Origin: Octopus bimaculoides | Taxonomy: Eukaryota | Direction of reading: 5' to 3' | NCBI RefSeq assembly: GCF_001194135.2 | Contig: NC_068983.1 | Location: forward strand, 74,840,331-74,877,360 | Length of the DNA: 37,030 nucleotides | Shown here: one piece after another, positions 12,111 to 23,941 of the stretch | How positions within the stretch are numbered: the stretch's first letter is position 1 | How the letters are laid out: each line of letters opens with the position of its first letter | Notes under the pieces: generated by a model | What the model saw: only the letters and a program-made list of their open reading frames with translations | Told to the model about the DNA's origin: nothing | Databases searched by the model: none | Translations under genes and position numbers: made by a program

Positions 12111-13630
12111 TTCTTTTACTTTGGTCTTTCGAAACTTCAATCTTAGATAAGGCTAAGCTATTCAAACTGAACCTACCCTTTTAAAACGGTAAGATGTTAT
12201 TTGAGTGAAATTTTGCTACTATGCGTAGAGTCGAGCGAACGACGTAGGGACTCATTCGTAGGTCTTTGAAGTAATTAGGAAAAAATAGAGAAAGAGCTGT
12301 AATTTAGATGCATTTCTTAACAGATGAGGTGATTCGAAGCACCACGTATGGGAGTCTGTGACGACATAGATTAGACCATGTAACTAATAAAAGTTTGCAA
12401 GTCCCATACTTTTAAAGCTACAGTTGTTATAATTAACTAAGGAACTATAATCGAGATAACACAGCAGCTCGTCTGTCAGTATTTTGAAATAGAGCTTGAA
12501 TCAACAGTTTCATTTCATTACTTGAAAACGTACATTGAGAAGTATCATACATGATTTTAATTAAGACTGTATCCTGAGGGCTCAAAATAATTTTGAACTC
12601 GACGATGGCACGAATTTACTTGTATTAAAGTAACTATTCGGTAGTGGAAGCCTCTTTTCTTATTGCAGGTCACATGAGAGTGACTGCTGTTAAACAGTTA
12701 TCACAAGTCACCTGATCGCAAAGCCTTATTTCTATCTAATGTCCAAGTAGACCGGAAAGATTTGGAACCGTGGACTAGAAGAGTTTCTTATTGTCTTTTC
12801 CATACTCACACCATAACTCAATATCAGCACTGTGAATTAACAAATCACTCAATAATTGTATAACGATTAGTAAATCATGGTTGAGTCTCTTGCCCATTGA
12901 CATAGCACGGTGTTGTTGTCAGAATATGAATCAACAATACTTCTGTTGTTTGTCTAATACCTTATTGGCTCAAACCAATCGAGGCTACGTGTTTGTGTAT
13001 ACTAATAGACGTAAAGGAGTTCTTTGACTATTACATAGACACTTATTTAACGGCTATTAAACAAAAGTTTCTTTAATGGAAATCGATTAATTGTTTCAGC
13101 ATTGCTAAACACCAAACAACATATGAAAATGAATACCTTGTTTGGTCGTCTTGGCTATAGCTAAATTGGTTAAAAAATTTGTCTTGCGATACCTCTGCGT
13201 CAAGTTCGTTCCTACTTCGTAGCACCTTGGGTAAATGTCTTTTAGCTTAGCCACGAGTCGATTCAACCCTTGCGAATAAAATAGTGTAGATAAAAACTCT
13301 CAAATTCCATTGGATGAAGTGTAGTTCTGATTAAATAATGCAGCTTTTGTCTACCAACTTACTATACTTAAAATGCCTTTAGGATTACGTTAAGGGTATA
13401 ATATATAGTTAATTAGTTAAATAACATAGTTTAGGTTAGCTAAAAGAAGTTTTAATCAATGATTAAACTACAACTGAGGTAAATAGTGTGGAGAGAAGCT
13501 AATCTTTGTTAAGGCAACAGCTTTGGACATGCATCGGTCTATGATATAAACCACATTATAGTATGTTACTCCGTCATCTGAAATAGGCATCGTCGAAACT
13601 GATATAATGTTCATTTACTGTGTCAAGAAA

Positions 13631-13632
<2 letters not shown>

Positions 13633-13684
<52 letters not shown>
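13633..13684. repeat. (CT)n microsatellite
   Basis: Read directly. Confidence 0.97.
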
Positions 13685-13685
<1 letters not shown>

Positions 13686-14689
13686 AAATGAATAAATACT
13701 AGTCTTTTTGTAATTGAGCCGTTGATGGAGTATGTCCTACCACCAAAACTTGAGTGTGCCCCATGGCCAATGGAATTAACTCCTGGTAGTCCAGAATACC
13801 TAGATTCTGATAAATATCGTTGGACGGGTACAGATTTCCACTGCACTAAGCTGTTTTTATGTAAGTCGAGCGGCCGGCTATTCATTGATGTGTTTACTTC
13901 TCGTATTAATGTTGGTGTTATTTGGCATCAGTTCAACCCTGATCGAAAGAACGTACAAGCAATGACTTTCCAGAATGACCAACTCTATTTTTTGCGAGCG
14001 ATGTACATCCATGACCCCTTTGTAAGACAGTAGTGTATGACTTGAACGATAATTGACTGTTGTTGCTACTAGCTCAGGAGTCCTAAGGGCTTCAGTGGGA
14101 ACGTTACGTCAGGCCTTTTTTCTCTTTTTGTTGGTCCTTAGTGGTGCTGAAAGGATTGCTATGGTTGCGATGTGACATTTCTTTTCTTGACACCTTTTCG
14201 AATGAGAGGAGGAAATGGAGAGGTGTAATCAACCTTACTAGTTGAGTGTTAATTTATTTAGTGTAGACATAGTGTGAACGAATGGTTGTGATTTCGCTTC
14301 ATAGTCACGAGAATCTGTGTTTGATTGCTTTGTATGGATGTTTGTCGAGCGTTGTTTTTCATAGTCTCGGATCGAGCCATCTATTCTGAGTGAAGTTACG
14401 TAAACGAACACTGTTTGGAAGCCTTGTCAACTCATTTTGTAACACCGTTTCTGCCTGAGAATTACGTTACGAATATATGTATCTGTTGAATATTAATTCA
14501 ACGATCAATTAATTCAGTTGACCAAACAACTGAATCCTCATCATTGACAGAGTCTGTCCATCTACTGTATTTAAGGACCTCGATGGAATAAAAGGAAAAG
14601 TTAACCTCGGTGGAATATCAACTCCGAGCGCCAGAACTCATACTGTAGATCATTCTATCTGTGCCAGTTTGCAGCCTCAGTTGCATGAC

Positions 14690-14890
14690 TTTAAATTGCT
14701 TCTGATTTAGGCACAAGACAGTAGTTTTGAGGGGAGTTGATTAGGCAAGTATTTCATTTTAACGAATCCCAAAGGTTGAAAGACAAAGTTGACTTCGACG
14801 GAATTGGAACGCAGTACGTAATGAACCGGAACAAACGGCGTAAAGCACAGCTTCCGATGCTTTAACAATTCTGACATGTCGTCGCCTTTA
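14690..14890 (-). mobile_element. SINE family A copy, degraded
   Basis: gaaagacaaagttgacttcgacggaattggaacgcagtacgtaa...caattctgacatgtcgtcgcct is the reverse complement of the family A head and core. Confidence 0.65.
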
Positions 14891-15217
14891 TTATCTGAAA
14901 CTTATTGTGATCAAGAATGCGATACAGTCTATATTGTTCTAAATTAATATATTGACAAACGTTTGTGTTGTTTCTCTCGTTTAGGCCTTTGTCTGTGATG
15001 ATCCAATATATCATTCTAGAAAAATCGAGGCGGGGCGTACATACGACAATATTATTCAGCATATCATTTATAGGGTTGTAGATTGTTGTTCTAATGACAT
15101 TTGGCTGTCATTTTTAGTTGGTCAAGCTACCACGTACTGTATTCTCATGTTTTTAACCTATAGTCTTAATAGAAACTGCTATTATTGCTACTTATCTTCT
15201 TGTGCTTCAGTTTGTTA

Positions 15218-15468
15218 TTGAGTCGGTGCATAATTATTGCGGCTTTTTGTCAACAAATTTTATTCAACAAAATCAATAACAACATGTAACAAAAACATCT
15301 TTCAAATGATTATCCCGGAGCATATTCACCACCTAATTCAATTACTGCTTCCCATTTGCTCGGCAGACAGCCAGACCATCATTTAAAGATGTTCTCCTTA
15401 AATATTGTTATTGTTTTTGTTAAATAAAATTTGTTGAAAAAAGCCGCAATAATTATGCACCAACCCAA
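15218..15468. mobile_element. Mariner-type MITE with MADE1/Hsmar1-like TIRs, 251 bp, TA TSD
   Basis: Left end ttgagtcggtgcataattattgcggctttttgtcaacaaattttattcaacaaaatcaataacaa. The right end is its near-perfect reverse complement (...aaaagccgcaataattatgcaccaacccaa). TA at 15216-15217 and 15469-15470. Confidence 0.9.
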
Positions 15469-15978
15469 TATAAAGATTACTCATTGTGGTATTCCTTTTT
15501 GTGGTTTTCGCTGTCATTGTTTCTTCTGTGTGCGTGTGTGATACCTTTCATTGAAAGAGTAAGGTATACTGCTGCTGCAGTTGTTGTGAATAATGATTTC
15601 GTTGTTCTTGTATAATCTCATGTTAACCCTAAATGAGCAGAACTATGATTAGAGATATTCCAGGCCACGATTTTTTTTTTGTTTTTTTAATTTTTTTTAT
15701 TCAAGCATACTCTATCCGTGACAACATTATTCTGTGTATGCCGCCTATTTTGAAGACTCGTAATTTGGAGGAATATTTGACTACTATTTCTATCGGATTC
15801 ACTGACTACAAAATAGACCCATATGTTTGCCCGTATGTACAGAAGTATTATACGAATATTTTATAAGAATGTGTACCTGTGCGTGTATTAGTCACCTTTT
15901 GTTTTAGATTCCCTTTATTTATGAGTGTGGGTTATTGCATATTAGTTCCTAATGTATATACAAGAGTGTGTTTGAGTG

Positions 15979-15984
<6 letters not shown>

Positions 15985-16066
<82 letters not shown>
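15985..16066. repeat. (TA)n(TG)n microsatellite running into an assembly gap
   Basis: Read directly. Confidence 0.97.
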
Positions 16067-16479
16067 NNNNNNNNNNNNNNNNNNNNNNNNNNNNNNNNNN
16101 NNNNNNNNNNNNNNNNNNNNNNNNNNNNNNNNNNNNNNNNNNNNNNNNNNNNNNNNNNNNNNNNNNNNNNNNNNNNNNNNNNNNNNNNNNNNNNNNNNNN
16201 NNNNNNNNNNNNNNNNNNNNNNNNNNNNNNNNNNNNNNNNNNNNNNNNNNNNNNNNNNNNNNNNNNNNNNNNNNNNNNNNNNNNNNNNNNNNNNNNNNNN
16301 NNNNNNNNNNNNNNNNNNNNNNNNNNNNNNNNNNNNNNNNNNNNNNNNNNNNNNNNNNNNNNNNNNNNNNNNNNNNNNNNNNNNNNNNNNNNNNNNNNNN
16401 NNNNNNNNNNNNNNNNNNNNNNNNNNNNNNNNNNNNNNNNNNNNNNNNNNNNNNNNNNNNNNNNNNNNNNNNNNNNNNN
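16067..16479. other. Assembly gap (N run)
   Basis: N characters. Confidence 1.
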
Positions 16480-16674
16480 AGGCCCAAACATGAAACATTT
16501 TACAAAGAGCTGTTACATTTGATTTGAGGAATGGTCATTCAATAGTACCATAATACTGTACAGAATTGATTCTTTCGCTTTTGTTTTTTCTTTTTGTTTT
16601 GCTTAATGTTCTTGTGTATGTATGTATATGCATATACACATACATATATACATATTATACATGTGTGTCTATAT

Positions 16675-16708
<34 letters not shown>

Positions 16709-16948
16709 GTATACATATATACTTATATATATACATATATATATAAATATATATATAAATATATATATGTATACATATATATAGGCTTATATATGTGAAT
16801 ATACATAAATATATATATATATATGTATATGAAACATACATAAATATATATACGCATATATATATATATATATACGTACATATATATATACACATGCATA
16901 CATATACATATATACATGCATACATATACATACATATATATATGTATG

Positions 16949-16985
<37 letters not shown>

Positions 16986-17291
16986 ATAAATATATATATC
17001 GATATGTGCATATGCTTGTACATGCTAATACATATGAATTTGTATGTATGTATATTAGTGTGTACGTCAAACATCGTCATAAACTCCAGAAGTCTTTGAA
17101 GAGGCCCAAACATGAAACATTTTACAAAGAGCTGTTACATTTGATTTGAGGAATGGTCATTCAATAGTACCATAATACTGTACAGAATTGATTCTTTCGC
17201 TTTTGTTTTTTCTTTTTGTTTTGCTTAATGTTCTTGTGTATGTATGTATATGCATATACACATACATATATACATATTATACATGTGTGTC

Positions 17292-17310
<19 letters not shown>
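16480..17310 (+). repeat. Exact 209-bp direct duplication (16480-16688 = 17102-17310) around TA-rich low-complexity DNA
   Basis: Identical from aggcccaaacatgaaac to atgtgtgtct(at)n at an offset of 622. The first copy begins at the gap edge. Confidence 0.9.
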
Positions 17311-17322
<12 letters not shown>

Positions 17323-17367
17323 ATGTTTGTATGTGAGTGTGCGCGCGTGTGTGTGTACGTGTGTGTG

Positions 17368-17407
<40 letters not shown>

Positions 17408-17559
17408 CTCGTGTGTGTATGTAAAACATGGGCTTTGATCGCGCCTGTTTTATTGACGTGGTAAGATTTCATCTGTACGTCTGTCTGTTTACTTCTTGTT
17501 TTTAACGTGTACCTATTCAAATAATACAGTGAAAAGAAAACAATGCATGTTGATGATGG

Positions 17560-17679
17560 TGGTGGTGGTGGGAAGAAGAAGAAGAAGAAGAAGAAGAAGA
17601 AGAAGAAGAAGAAGAAGAAGAAGAAGAAGAAGAAGAAGAAGGTAGACAGTGGAGGGTACTGTTGATGTCATTGATGATT

Positions 17680-17716
<37 letters not shown>

Positions 17717-17792
17717 CAATGTTGATATGTCTCATTTGTCGATAGCATTACGATTGAAATCAAACAACATATACATAATGAATGATGACACA

Positions 17793-17836
<44 letters not shown>
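17560..17836. repeat. Microsatellite cluster (GAA)n, (GAT)n, (AAAG)n
   Basis: Read directly. Confidence 0.95.
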
Positions 17837-18896
17837 ATTGTGACTTTCTGCTTTGAAGTTTGGAGGTCTTGTGGAGTTGGATACCTTTAGAAATATGAGC
17901 CAGTGACTTAATAAGAAATATGTTCCGTACAAAGAGTCTAATTGCTATGTTGAAATACACATATAGTGGTTGAAAGTGCAAGGTGCAGAACGACAGTAAC
18001 AGCAACAATTTTAAAGAGAAGTGTTTACTCGATACAGTTGGTCCCGGTGCTTGACTGTTTCTTTATTTTATCGACTCTGAAAGGATGAAAAACATAACTG
18101 ACCACGGTGACATAAATCCGAAGCATAAAGAGCCAGAACAAATAACTCGAAGTATTTTTTGCGACGCTAAAAATAATATAAATTCGAGATAGTTCTTCAT
18201 TGTTTCTTCGTTGAATCTATTCTATTGCAAGTATTCGGGACAATTTTCTGGTCTGCGGATAACGTACTCCTACCTTATATCAATTACGTCGGCCCAGGTA
18301 AACATAAAACGCACTGAAAATCTCCAAACTAATCTATTATAATTTTCATGTTTTTGAATAATCAAACAGTGGCATGGTTCGGTATTTCATAGAAAATATG
18401 GCCGGCGTGAAAGAAGTCGCACTTTTGTTTATAAAATTGTCAGTTTAATTTTGTCTGAACATTAAAATGTTATCAGAAGACGAATACAGAAATAAGCTTT
18501 TATATTTTCTTCAACTAACCACAAAGGCACACAATGTTAAGAAGCACATAATCCAGTCATCAAAATCAACGCCCAGTTCCTGGATGATGCTAATTTTCTC
18601 AACTTCTGAAAAGTTAAAGCAATATATGAGCCTTGGCATTATTGAGTACAGAACACGGTTGTAACTAAATAGTGCAGTCTTTGGTCCGATGTGCTATTAA
18701 GTACACTATTCTACCTACCTTTACGATAAAAATATCAATGTTTTGTTTTGTTTCCTTCCGAATAAAGCCGACTGTTACAAAATACGTTTACATTTGATGG
18801 AAAATATCTTCGGAGAGTTTGGAAGTCCCTTTGTTCAGATTAATCAAAATACTCTGGTGTGTAAGTCGAAATACTAATAGGATCTACAAGTTGCTT

Positions 18897-19320
18897 CTCT
18901 TATCTTTTACTTGTTTTAGTTATTAGGCGACGACCAATCTGGGATATCGCCTTGAAGGGTGTTAGTCCAATAAATCTCCCCTTATATTTTTACTTATATA
19001 TTTTACAGCCTCTTCTATAGGTCTCTACAGTACTTATATATTTTACAACCTATCGGTCTCTAACCGCTAGATTGCGGTGCCGTAAACAAAGAACGCTGGT
19101 TGCTAAGTGGTGGTGGTGGGAGGAGGACAAACACAAAGACACATAGATATACGATATACATATGTAACGGTCTTTCAGTTTCCGTCAACCAAATCTACTG
19201 GTGAGGCTTTGGTCGGCTCGAGGCTATACTAGAAAATATTTACCTCAGATGCCACGCAGTGAAATTGAACCTGGAACCATGTAGCTGGGAAGCAAACTCC
19301 TCACCAAGCAGCCAAGCCTG
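18897..19320 (-). mobile_element. SINE family B copy, older, with a small internal duplication
   Basis: tcttttacttgttttagtta ... ctttcagtttccgtcaaccaaatc ... gaggctttggtcggctcgaggctata ... gaacctggaaccatgt. tacttatatattttaca occurs twice. Confidence 0.8.
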
Positions 19321-19926
19321 CTTGTTTCGGGGACATTTTTCAGCTTAGTTTTAGACAATACCATTGTAAAACATTTAACCCATGCAGATAAGTAGAAAGC
19401 AGTGTTAAAGCATATATCATACATGTCAAAAAACAAAACTGAGGTAGAGGTGATACTACAGTTATCATAAAATTTTAGTGAGAGTTGTTATGGCTGTTAC
19501 ATAATACTCAGTGATAAAATATTAAATGAAAACGAACATATAACAAAATAGCATTTATAAAGCAATAGGCTATTATTAAGATAAGCCATCTATCATAGAA
19601 AATAAAATTTTATTTACGAGCATTCATTCCAGACAGATTTCTATGTAAAATTGCCGTTAATGTTTATTAGGGTATATCGGCAGAAGACTTCATAATTTGA
19701 ATTTAAATTTATCGCGTATTAGGTTTTCACTAAAACTTACAATCCGTGAAATAATCAATAGGAGAAAGAAGCACACATACAAAAGAAATTATGCTTAAAG
19801 TCTACGCATTAGACCAATCAAATATTGTTATATATAATCGTTTGGATGTACATTAACTCAAACACATATACATACGTAATATATATGTGTGTATGTATAC
19901 ACACACGTACATATATACATACATAC

Positions 19927-20879
19927 NNNNNNNNNNNNNNNNNNNNNNNNNNNNNNNNNNNNNNNNNNNNNNNNNNNNNNNNNNNNNNNNNNNNNNNNNN
20001 NNNNNNNNNNNNNNNNNNNNNNNNNNNNNNNNNNNNNNNNNNNNNNNNNNNNNNNNNNNNNNNNNNNNNNNNNNNNNNNNNNNNNNNNNNNNNNNNNNNN
20101 NNNNNNNNNNNNNNNNNNNNNNNNNNNNNNNNNNNNNNNNNNNNNNNNNNNNNNNNNNNNNNNNNNNNNNNNNNNNNNNNNNNNNNNNNNNNNNNNNNNN
20201 NNNNNNNNNNNNNNNNNNNNNNNNNNNNNNNNNNNNNNNNNNNNNNNNNNNNNNNNNNNNNNNNNNNNNNNNNNNNNNNNNNNNNNNNNNNNNNNNNNNN
20301 NNNNNNNNNNNNNNNNNNNNNNNNNNNNNNNNNNNNNNNNNNNNNNNNNNNNNNNNNNNNNNNNNNNNNNNNNNNNNNNNNNNNNNNNNNNNNNNNNNNN
20401 NNNNNNNNNNNNNNNNNNNNNNNNNNNNNNNNNNNNNNNNNNNNNNNNNNNNNNNNNNNNNNNNNNNNNNNNNNNNNNNNNNNNNNNNNNNNNNNNNNNN
20501 NNNNNNNNNNNNNNNNNNNNNNNNNNNNNNNNNNNNNNNNNNNNNNNNNNNNNNNNNNNNNNNNNNNNNNNNNNNNNNNNNNNNNNNNNNNNNNNNNNNN
20601 NNNNNNNNNNNNNNNNNNNNNNNNNNNNNNNNNNNNNNNNNNNNNNNNNNNNNNNNNNNNNNNNNNNNNNNNNNNNNNNNNNNNNNNNNNNNNNNNNNNN
20701 NNNNNNNNNNNNNNNNNNNNNNNNNNNNNNNNNNNNNNNNNNNNNNNNNNNNNNNNNNNNNNNNNNNNNNNNNNNNNNNNNNNNNNNNNNNNNNNNNNNN
20801 NNNNNNNNNNNNNNNNNNNNNNNNNNNNNNNNNNNNNNNNNNNNNNNNNNNNNNNNNNNNNNNNNNNNNNNNNNNNNNN
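19927..20879. other. Assembly gap (N run)
   Basis: N characters. Confidence 1.
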
Positions 20880-21023
20880 AAGCATATATATAAGAGGTAT
20901 TGGTATCCAGACGACCCAAGGTGGCAGGTAACGGTCTGTAAGTGCTATGGAAGGACTATAGTTAAACTCTCGGTTCGATAATGTTACGAGTGAGGAGTCT
21001 AATGCGGGTCTTATATGAGCATG

Positions 21024-21135
21024 TATATGTTAAATAAAATGAGACAACAAAGCCGTAAGACTAACTTTCTCGTTATAAATGTCCTGAAAGTTTCACACAA
21101 CCTTGGCTTTGTTGTCTCATTTTATTTAACATATA
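21024..21135. repeat. Perfect 31-bp inverted repeat with 50-bp spacer
   Basis: tatatgttaaataaaatgagacaacaaagcc (21024-21054) and ggctttgttgtctcattttatttaacatata (21105-21135) are exact reverse complements. Confidence 0.95.
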
Positions 21136-21136
21136 A

Positions 21137-21169
<33 letters not shown>

Positions 21170-21170
<1 letters not shown>

Positions 21171-22017
21171 TAGCTGACGTACCCGGTAATTCCCAGGAAA
21201 GCGGGGATTATTTCTTGGCTCCGTTCTCATTATTGTTTCGCTAATCCAATAACAGCAATACAAAGTATGCAGCTTTTAAAACGGATTTTGTGCATTTACA
21301 GAGAATACCAAACTTACACAGCATCTTGGTTTTAGGAATTCCCAATAAGTTATAAATACCTAAATTGTGAAGTAAGTTATGTAATAACATGAAATTAGTT
21401 ACCCGATAGTAAGAATTCAAATAAAGTACCCCCGAAAAGGGCTTTAATTAGTTCCCAGAGTATGTAGAACATAGGTGGAAATACTAATAAGATATGTATA
21501 CTAAAATCGTGAAGCATGTTACGTAACAACAGGCTAATCAGATATGAGACGATAACAATTCAAAGTAAATATCTATGAAAAGGGCTTTTGTGCGTTCCAG
21601 AGAATATTACCCTCAGTGGTGATAGTGTTGGTATATTCGTGAATAAGTCACTAACCAAAATATGTGGATCTATTGTTTAGGAAAATATTATTTACTTGTT
21701 TAATGGTTGTAATGAATAAATTGCGAAAATAATTCTAACAGTTCAAATACTAAAAAATAAGCATACTCAATTTCATTTTTACCAAATGATTTAGGAAAAT
21801 GAATGGGTTACTTCCCTTAGTTATATATAAGGATCCTTTCTAGTGGCCCTATTATCGATTTTTTTTTTTGTCACAAATCTCAGTATTCCATAAGGTTTCC
21901 AGACCTGAGTTCTACTCACGTATCAAGTTTCATCAAAATTGATAAAACTATGTAGGAGGGGTTAGCTAACAACTCCACAAACGCACCCACAGACAGAATT
22001 TTCCACATATGTAGTAT
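21170..22017 (-). mobile_element. Non-autonomous Helitron-like element
   Basis: The minus-strand 3' end reads cctgggaattaccggg-tacgtcag-CTAG|T, i.e. a small hairpin then CTAG followed by T, inside a (TA)n tract. The minus-strand 5' region (tatatactacatatgtggaaaattctgtctgtggg...ttttgatgaaacttg) resembles invertebrate non-autonomous Helitron heads. Confidence 0.6.
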
Positions 22018-22138
22018 ATATATATTTATTTATTTATTTATTTATAAATAGATATATATATATTTCATACACCCATGCACAAATATGCAGATACGCACAT
22101 ATATTTATTTGTACATACTTACATACATACATAACTAC

Positions 22139-22139
<1 letters not shown>

Positions 22140-22178
<39 letters not shown>

Positions 22179-22329
22179 GTGTGTATAACGGCCTAACATA
22201 TCCATACTGTACTTGCGTGAACAGGTAAAAGAGTGAAACAATATTCACGTTCGTACATTGTATGGATAAGTGTGGATTATTTGAGTTACACTCACATACT
22301 CAACGCACATTCACGCACGCACACGCACG

Positions 22330-22405
<76 letters not shown>
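22140..22405. repeat. (TG)n and (CA)n microsatellites in opposite phase
   Basis: (TG)n at about 22140-22185 and (CACG)/(CA)n at about 22310-22405. Confidence 0.95.
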
Positions 22406-22409
<4 letters not shown>

Positions 22410-22693
22410 TGTGACGATTAATTAATTCTGAATCCTGTTGCCATACTCAGATTAGACGGTGAATTGGCAGAATCATTTATATAGCATTGGAAGTAATGCC
22501 TACAGTATTTAAGATACGTTCTGAATTCAAATCCTGCCTTGGTCCATTTTCCTTTTCATCCTGCGAGGAGCAATAAAATAATGCAACACTCAATTAGTAT
22601 GCTGCCTGCTTATAATGCAACCCTGACGTCGTGTGAAATATAGAAGAAGACACTATGGTAAGCACTGAAAACTGTTCTTCGATTAGGTGCATT

Positions 22694-23330
22694 ATCTTTT
22701 ATCTGTTATATTTTATTGGGTTGTCCGAAAAGTTCGTGCCGATTTATAGTAACTTACCTTTCGACTTATTTCCCATGAAACCAGCTCAATTCTGGGAAGA
22801 GGGTATTTTCAAGTTAAAGGAAAGATGAAGACACATTATGCAACAAAATGGTTCATATTTGGTTGATTAAAAATGTAATGACAAGTATTTATTGCCCTTT
22901 TTCTTTCCTTTAAAAATCGGCACGAACTTTCCGGACAACCCAATACTTGTTTCAGTTATTAGACTGCGGCCATGCTGGGACACCGCCTTGAAGAATTTCT
23001 TTTAGTCAAATGAATCGACCCCAGTACATCTTTTTAAAACCTGGTATTTATTCTTTCGATCGCTTTTGCCGAACTGCTAAGCTGTGAGGACGTAAACACA
23101 CCAGCACCTGTTGTCAAGTGGTGGTGGAGGAACAAATACAGACACAAAGATACACATAGATATTTATATATACGACGGGCTTCTTTCAGTTTCCTTCTAC
23201 TTACTCAACTCAGAAGGATTTGGTCAACCTGAGGCTATAATAGAAGACTTGCTTAAGGTGTCTAGTAGTGGGATTGAACCCAGAACCATGTGGTTGGGAA
23301 GTAAATTTCTTACCACACCGTCACGCATGC
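22694..23330 (-). mobile_element. SINE family B copy interrupted by the mariner derivative
   Basis: After 22945: cttgtttcagttattagactgcggccatgctggg...acgacgggcttctttcagtttcc...gaggctataatagaagac...gaacccagaaccatgtggttgggaag...taccacac. Tail sequence (tctttt...tttta) lies left of the MITE. Confidence 0.85.
22716..22943 (+). mobile_element. Mariner deletion derivative (228 bp) retaining the transposase C-terminus, TA TSD
   Basis: TIRs ttgggttgtccgaaaagttcgtgccgattt and aaatcggcacgaactttccggacaacccaa. TA at 22714-22715 and 22944-22945. The interior reads FWEEGIFKLKER*RHIMQQNGSYLVD*, similar to the mariner ending F..GI.KL..RW..V...NG.Y..*. Confidence 0.9.
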
Positions 23331-23689
23331 AATATTATCTTCAAACCGGTCACTAATTCCAACATAAAACAGGCTTACTTTTCCCAATGAGAATGGCAAA
23401 ATTATATGTAAAAGATTTGATCTTGTATATCATGAGTTGGTAAAGAACAATATATATTCTACTCGAATAATTAACAGCTCCTTATGTGTTGCTATGAAAG
23501 TAGAACCGTAATTAGCATAAAACTACATATTAGTTTAGCCTAGAAAAGCCAATACCACAATTATACTACATATGTATGTATGTAAATATGTATGTACGTA
23601 TGCATGTAATTAGAGAATATCGGTTTTTCTTTGGAAAACTAATTACTGTATACGATTAAACTGTCGATTCTACATGTGTGTATGTATGA

Positions 23690-23707
23690 GTTTGTGTGTA
23701 TGTGCGC

Positions 23708-23773
<66 letters not shown>

Positions 23774-23775
23774 GA
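23690..23775. repeat. (TG)n(AG)n microsatellite
   Basis: Read directly. Confidence 0.95.
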
Positions 23776-23941
23776 CAAGCAGAATGATATATTTTTAAAA
23801 TAGCTTTCTTTTTATTAAACAAAATACGCAAGTTTGATTTACTCCAGTTGAAATTGTGTATAGAAAAGTGTTTATAGTTTTATTTGAGAAGTAAGCACTT
23901 GTGCCTTATGTCCTTTACAGGCCTTTTGAGAATACTGACAT

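Noticed and set aside
14985-15220. About 78-codon open frame after a good plus-strand acceptor (AFVCDDPIYHSRK...)
   Set aside because: No convincing donor, no recognisable homology, and it ends at the MITE boundary.
15879-16527. 180-204 aa ORFs in several frames
   Set aside because: They span an N gap, so the length is artefactual. The same applies to 19818-20981 and 27169-27800.
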